64,000 nucleotides of DNA from Alloascoidea hylecoeti (Eukaryota), in assembly GCA_001600815.1 (NCBI GenBank), contig BCKZ01000002.1:1682294-1746293 (forward strand), given 5' to 3'. The notes under the pieces are model-generated. The model did no database searches and was not told the origin of the DNA. It worked only from the letters and a program-made list of their open reading frames with translations. Made by a program: the position numbers and the translations under genes. Within the stretch, counting starts at the first letter, position 1; the number at the start of each line of letters is the position of its first letter. Shown piece by piece: positions 58,982 to 64,000 of this stretch.

Positions 58982-61670
58982 AATGGCAAAGTAGAGAAAA
59001 TGGTGCTTTCATCTAGTCAGTATTAATATATATTATTTTGTACCGTAGATCCTACATACAACAGGATGTTGCATATAGCACCTAATAATTATACGATTTC
59101 TGGGCATTGCCTCAAATCCGGATCCTCGGTCTTAATTATAAACTCCTGATGTTTGTAATTATCATTAAAGAAAATCTTCATATCAATGTATAATATTGGA
59201 TTATGTATGATAAGCTTTAAATTCTTGAATAAGATTTTTTCAGGGGGCTCCTTAAAAGCATACATTGATTTCTTTGGTGTAGTGGTTTTTAACGTTGTCT
59301 GGAGCGATAAGAACCACCAACCCATATTCACTTCATTTTCTATTTTCATTAAAACTTTTCACTAAAACTCTTGTAGTGAATTATCTTTACTGATTTCATT
59401 GATTGGGGCGATAATTTCATGATCAACTATACTAATTATACAAATTATAAGAATGTTAATAGTACTTCTAAACTAGGTAAACATAGCAAAGATCAATATC
59501 CAAACATATAATCAATTGAATATCGAATATCTTCCAAAAACGGGAATGGATATGCTATTTACTGGATCATTTCATAGATTCAAATTCCCCCTTTAATCAG
59601 ATATCATCATTCAAAATACATCAAATTTTCCAAATGTTCCAAATCTAAATTTGAATATTAATTTCTTCTAATGAAATGGAAGAAATTCAACTTCAAATAC
59701 ACATTTACATAATTATTACTATGCATAGTATCTTAATTCTAATAATTTTTATTTGTGTAAAAGCTGAGCGTTCTTCTACAATTTAGCGTATTGATCTCAG
59801 AGTTAACGTCCACCAACTCCATTGAACGATTTTGCCGTTTTATTTCTTAATACTACTTAAGGGGTCTCTTTTTGTTCTGCTTTTAAGTTCACTTATAAAG
59901 CACTCAATTTGCTTACAGTTCAGTATGATCACCTTTTCAAATTCCATTTGATTCAATAAAGCTTACCCACACCTCATTAGAGTAAATTATTTAAGGGTCA
60001 AGTGCCTGGAATGACTTTTATCAAACATATCCTCTTTGTGATAGTCGAATATCTTACCGTTTCCGGCACGACATGGGAACACTTTAATCTATATTTAGTT
60101 AGTATCCATCATCTAGATTCTTCTCAATTACGTAACAGTCGTTATATGTCGATAATGCTCCATATTCACGTTTTGCATAATTCATCTTTTGGGTGGTATG
60201 CTGGTGAATATAATTACACTTTCAGCTGATTGATATCAATTCTATTCAAGATTAAGGGTAAACTTTTACATTTGATTTTGATTTCCTGCCTTTCCTGCTA
60301 CTCAGACCGGATTAAGATATTCTGATAATCCTTAACTTTTTAATAGTTAGATTGGCTACTATTTCTCGAAAGTAGGCCCTTTGGTTCATTACAAATTGAT
60401 TTTGTTAATAGGCGGGAAACTATTTAAAAGAATGTCAATTGGCGTTGAAGAAGATGAATCTTTATAAGTATTTATTGATAATTAATCGTATTTATCAGTT
60501 CAAACCACGGTCTTTACACACCATATACAAGACCTTGAACTTTTCTTAAGATATACTAGATGTTATATTTCTTTTGTTTGGTACTACTTATTTTTTACTT
60601 TCTAAGCCAATAAAATGCAGGTTTTGAAATAAGCTTTTAGTTTCGAATTTTAACCCACCAAAAACATTACCAAATATATATTTAACTTTACACTCAAAAA
60701 GTTTTAAAGTTATAATATAAGCTTATACTTCAAAGATATGTCCGAATTCTGCAAAAGCAAAAAACAAACCAATTCGGTAGATCTTTTCCTCGTCATTATA
60801 CCGAATCACAGAGAATAAGATGATAAAATCCCGTAGATTTTGTTATAGAAACTAAAAAATGAATGAAAAAATTAAAATCATTACTCTCGAATTTTAAAGA
60901 ATTCTTTCCGAATTAGTCTGATGATTTATTACCAGAATAAAATGAATTAGATAAATGAAGAGCTAACGGTGATGTAACCCAAACGGAGTAGTTAAGAAAA
61001 AACAAAGAAATAGAGAATCAAAACATTTAAGCCCAGTAGTTAATGATCTGGTTTAAGTTTTCATTCAAATAATCCTCATTTAAATAATGGTCAATCAAGT
61101 TAGTTCTGCAGAGTAGCTGTTAACTATAGTAAATCCTGGAATGGTATTCCGGGTCACTGCCATTTGATCGTATGAAAAGTACCGGTTATTTTTATCGGGG
61201 TCATAAACGGCTCGTCGTATAATTAGGCATGACCCGACCAAAAATTTTCCCATAGTAAATAAGCGGGCTGCACAAAATGCGTGCACAAAATGGCAAAATG
61301 GTACGGGTCATATTGTCAATCTTATACCGGTACACTTTAAAATAATATAATAATCTATATAACTTCTATAAAGATATAATTTAAAAGAAGAATTAATCTT
61401 TGATTGCTGAAAGCTTATGTTCAATCTAAATTATGATCTTAGAAAATGGCATGCAATTAAAGGATAAAGTATTTTCAGCACACATAGATTCTTACCATAT
61501 ATTTCAATTGTGTGGAACGTTTATGAGTCAAGAAGATCAAATCCTACAGAATAATTAAATAATTAGATTTAAATTTATACCACTCAAATAAATATCTTTA
61601 GTGTATAGTTATTTAATTATACAGAAGCCAATATTTTTACTCATAAGTTCCACCTCAAAGGCTCCCAATT

Positions 61671-64000
61671 TCAAAAGTTATTTTTCAACATTCTTTCTAT
61701 AGAAGGAGTACCAAAGTCAATAACTGTCAGATCTTCCCGTAGTATAAATTCTTTATTACGGACGCTGAAATCCACAACGGTCTCTAACTTACGCGTCCTC
61801 AAAGGAATCATATAAATCATATCCTTATAAACCTTTAGTAATTCAGATGTAGACCAATAAATATAAGCACATTTACCTGGTGCTCTAGGCCTGTAGACTG
61901 GTAAGTATGGGTGGGTGAACCTTTTTAAAAGCTTACCAGTAGTGATTCTATAGACCATTAATCTATTTGTATAGACCATTAATCGATAATCATAGCTTGT
62001 GATTCCGACCACCATCATATCATCGTTAAAATTCAATGATTGAATATAATAAAATATTGGCTCAATACGATTTTCTCTATTATAGTCTTTAATTTCAGAA
62101 AGAGATATAGACCAATGATAAAATAACTTTGCCCCAGAAGAATATAGTTTCCAAATACACATACTTATGTTCTTGTGAAATCCATTATGATCACGATGAA
62201 TCTTCTCTCTCAATTCGTAGAGTTTTCCTTTAAACGATTTAAAAGCCAAAATTTGACCAGCGGATTTAAACTTCAAATAAGAAATAGGATAGTTAGCTGG
62301 AAATTGAGGGACAATGTTTAAGTTTAAAAATTGATCCGGACAATTAGTTGATCTTTCTGATGTATCAAAATTATAACTTTCATCATAATTATAAAGATGT
62401 CTAAACTCTAATTGTTCACGGGCCCGTAATTTATTATTAGTTTCAAGTACCACCGGTATCTCTGTTGGAATTCCTGCCTTTAGGGTCCGGGGATTTAATT
62501 CTATGGCCACTCTTCTATCATACCAGATAATATCATATTTTCTTACTCGAAGGATGATTGCTAGAACTACATTTTCTAATTCGAAACAATCTTGATAATA
62601 ATTGTTCGTTTCTTCAATTTCAACATTAAGAATGGTCTCGCTACATTCAGGGGGGACAGAAATTAATTCCTTAAAATCATAAAGAGTTGTCGTGACTTCT
62701 CCTGTTGGTAAATGTATAATTTTAAAATCTGTTTCATGGCCATCTAATAATGCAAAGTCGGAGTTTTTACTTAATCGCCGTAATCTGTATGATGCTAGAT
62801 CCGAAGTTGTATAATGAGGTATTCCTGGGTAATAATTTTTCCTCTGCAACACCACATTATTATCATCATCATAATAACCATTATCATAATCATAGTCATT
62901 ACCAAAGTCATTTCCATTTCCATTTCCATTATTATCATTATTATTACCATTGTCATTGCCGTTATTATCATTATCATCATCGCTTTCTTCGTATGCATCA
63001 TAAAAAGGTGTTTCGGGAGTGTAACATGTATTCTGATATATAATGTCCCTTAAATTTCCAGGAATGTTAGATATATCACTATGCTTGACATATTCAAATC
63101 TAAGTTGTTCAACTTTCTCATCGGAGTGAACAAATGTGATTTTTCGATTACTAGGGTCCAGTAAACAATCCTCAATATGAACATGGCTATTAAGAATCCA
63201 ATAATCAACCGATTCTAATTTATCAGGATTTGTGATCTTCCATTGTTGAAGAAAGTCGACCATATATGGAGATATTATTGTACTCATATATGTGATATCG
63301 ATTGGAGTTTTCAATTCATCATCAATATTTCTCGACTTCAATCGATCATGAATATCATAACTTATCTCAACTTTAATTAAGGAAACTGCTATTGAATGGA
63401 ATAATATGATATAGTCTCCTTTTGCACGGATATTAAATAGGAACCAGTCTGCTTCTGTCATTTTAGTTGAAAATCTTTCCACTGGATCGGTCTCATTATT
63501 GTCACCTAAGCCATTCACTTTTTCTATTTTTTTTTTGTAGAATTCTGTATTATTCAAATTAAATTCTTTAATTATATTAAAACTACCAGAGAATTGTAAA
63601 GTATTATCAAATATAATAACTTCCGTCGTCTCATTATTATATCTTAAAATAAATTCTCCACAATCCAGGGTTACGAACCTATAAGTCCAATACTCTTTGA
63701 TATTCTTATCTTGCTTCTGTAAGGAAACGATATTGGAAACCGTAGCAGTAGGATTAGCTAAATTTAAAGTTAATAGTCTTTTAGATAATTTTTTATAGCT
63801 CATATTATACTTATAATCATCGAATACTTTGGTGATGAGAAAAGAATTTTGATATAACTGTACATATTCTTGTGTTTTATTATTGACAATTCTATTATAT
63901 TCCAAGAATAATTTGTAACCGAAGCCATTTTTAATGAGACAAACGATTTTGTCATAAGCGTTTTTCAAGCGTCTACGCTTTCCAATTACACCATTTAAAT
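61671..64000 (-). CDS. Large uncharacterised protein, 5' end outside the window
   Basis: Frame stays open to the window edge (more than 775 codons); internal D/N/G-rich tract; composition resembles the neighbouring F-box ORFs, but no domain recognised. Confidence 0.75.
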   Translation of the reverse strand, partial: LNGVIGKRRRLKNAYDKIVCLIKNGFGYKLFLEYNRIVNNKTQEYVQLYQNSFLITKVFDDYKYNMSYKKLSKRLLTLNLANPTATVSNIVSLQKQDKNIKEYWTYRFVTLDCGEFILRYNNETTEVIIFDNTLQFSGSFNIIKEFNLNNTEFYKKKIEKVNGLGDNNETDPVERFSTKMTEADWFLFNIRAKGDYIILFHSIAVSLIKVEISYDIHDRLKSRNIDDELKTPIDITYMSTIISPYMVDFLQQWKITNPDKLESVDYWILNSHVHIEDCLLDPSNRKITFVHSDEKVEQLRFEYVKHSDISNIPGNLRDIIYQNTCYTPETPFYDAYEESDDDNDNNGNDNGNNNDNNGNGNGNDFGNDYDYDNGYYDDDNNVVLQRKNYYPGIPHYTTSDLASYRLRRLSKNSDFALLDGHETDFKIIHLPTGEVTTTLYDFKELISVPPECSETILNVEIEETNNYYQDCFELENVVLAIILRVRKYDIIWYDRRVAIELNPRTLKAGIPTEIPVVLETNNKLRAREQLEFRHLYNYDESYNFDTSERSTNCPDQFLNLNIVPQFPANYPISYLKFKSAGQILAFKSFKGKLYELREKIHRDHNGFHKNISMCIWKLYSSGAKLFYHWSISLSEIKDYNRENRIEPIFYYIQSLNFNDDMMVVGITSYDYRLMVYTNRLMVYRITTGKLLKRFTHPYLPVYRPRAPGKCAYIYWSTSELLKVYKDMIYMIPLRTRKLETVVDFSVRNKEFILREDLTVIDFGTPSIERMLKNNF

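Noticed and set aside
59089..59349. 86-aa ORF upstream of the F-box gene
   Set aside because: No recognisable domain or splice support; may be decayed coding DNA.

Overview
AT-rich fungal DNA with short spliceosomal introns; gene content and intron density suggest an early-diverging budding yeast (inference). About 15 conserved housekeeping genes (CUE5, GLO2, MHO1, a polyol dehydrogenase, SGT2-like, SRO7, PKC1, SEA4, NTO1, a frameshifted aldo-keto reductase, HNT1, a PCL cyclin, TDA3, TLG1, SDC1) and one tRNA-His gene alternate with lineage-specific DNA. The main signal is three gene-containing inverted duplications within 52 kb. Two are near-perfect palindromes (arms ~1.83 kb and ~0.79 kb, spacers 134 and 52 bp), each holding an identical head-to-head pair of a C2H2/C2HC zinc-finger gene; the two pairs are diverged paralogues. 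The third is an F-box gene facing an inverted pseudogene copy that alternates identical and diverged blocks. The outer arms of palindrome 1 continue as two separately decayed pseudocopies of SDC1 (Dpy-30). The intact SDC1 lies 43 kb away, next to what looks like a decayed copy of the same palindrome and next to the second ZnF palindrome. This pattern suggests a palindrome-borne ZnF family kept identical by arm-to-arm gene conversion. All alignments were made by eye, and assembly artefact must be excluded with long reads.
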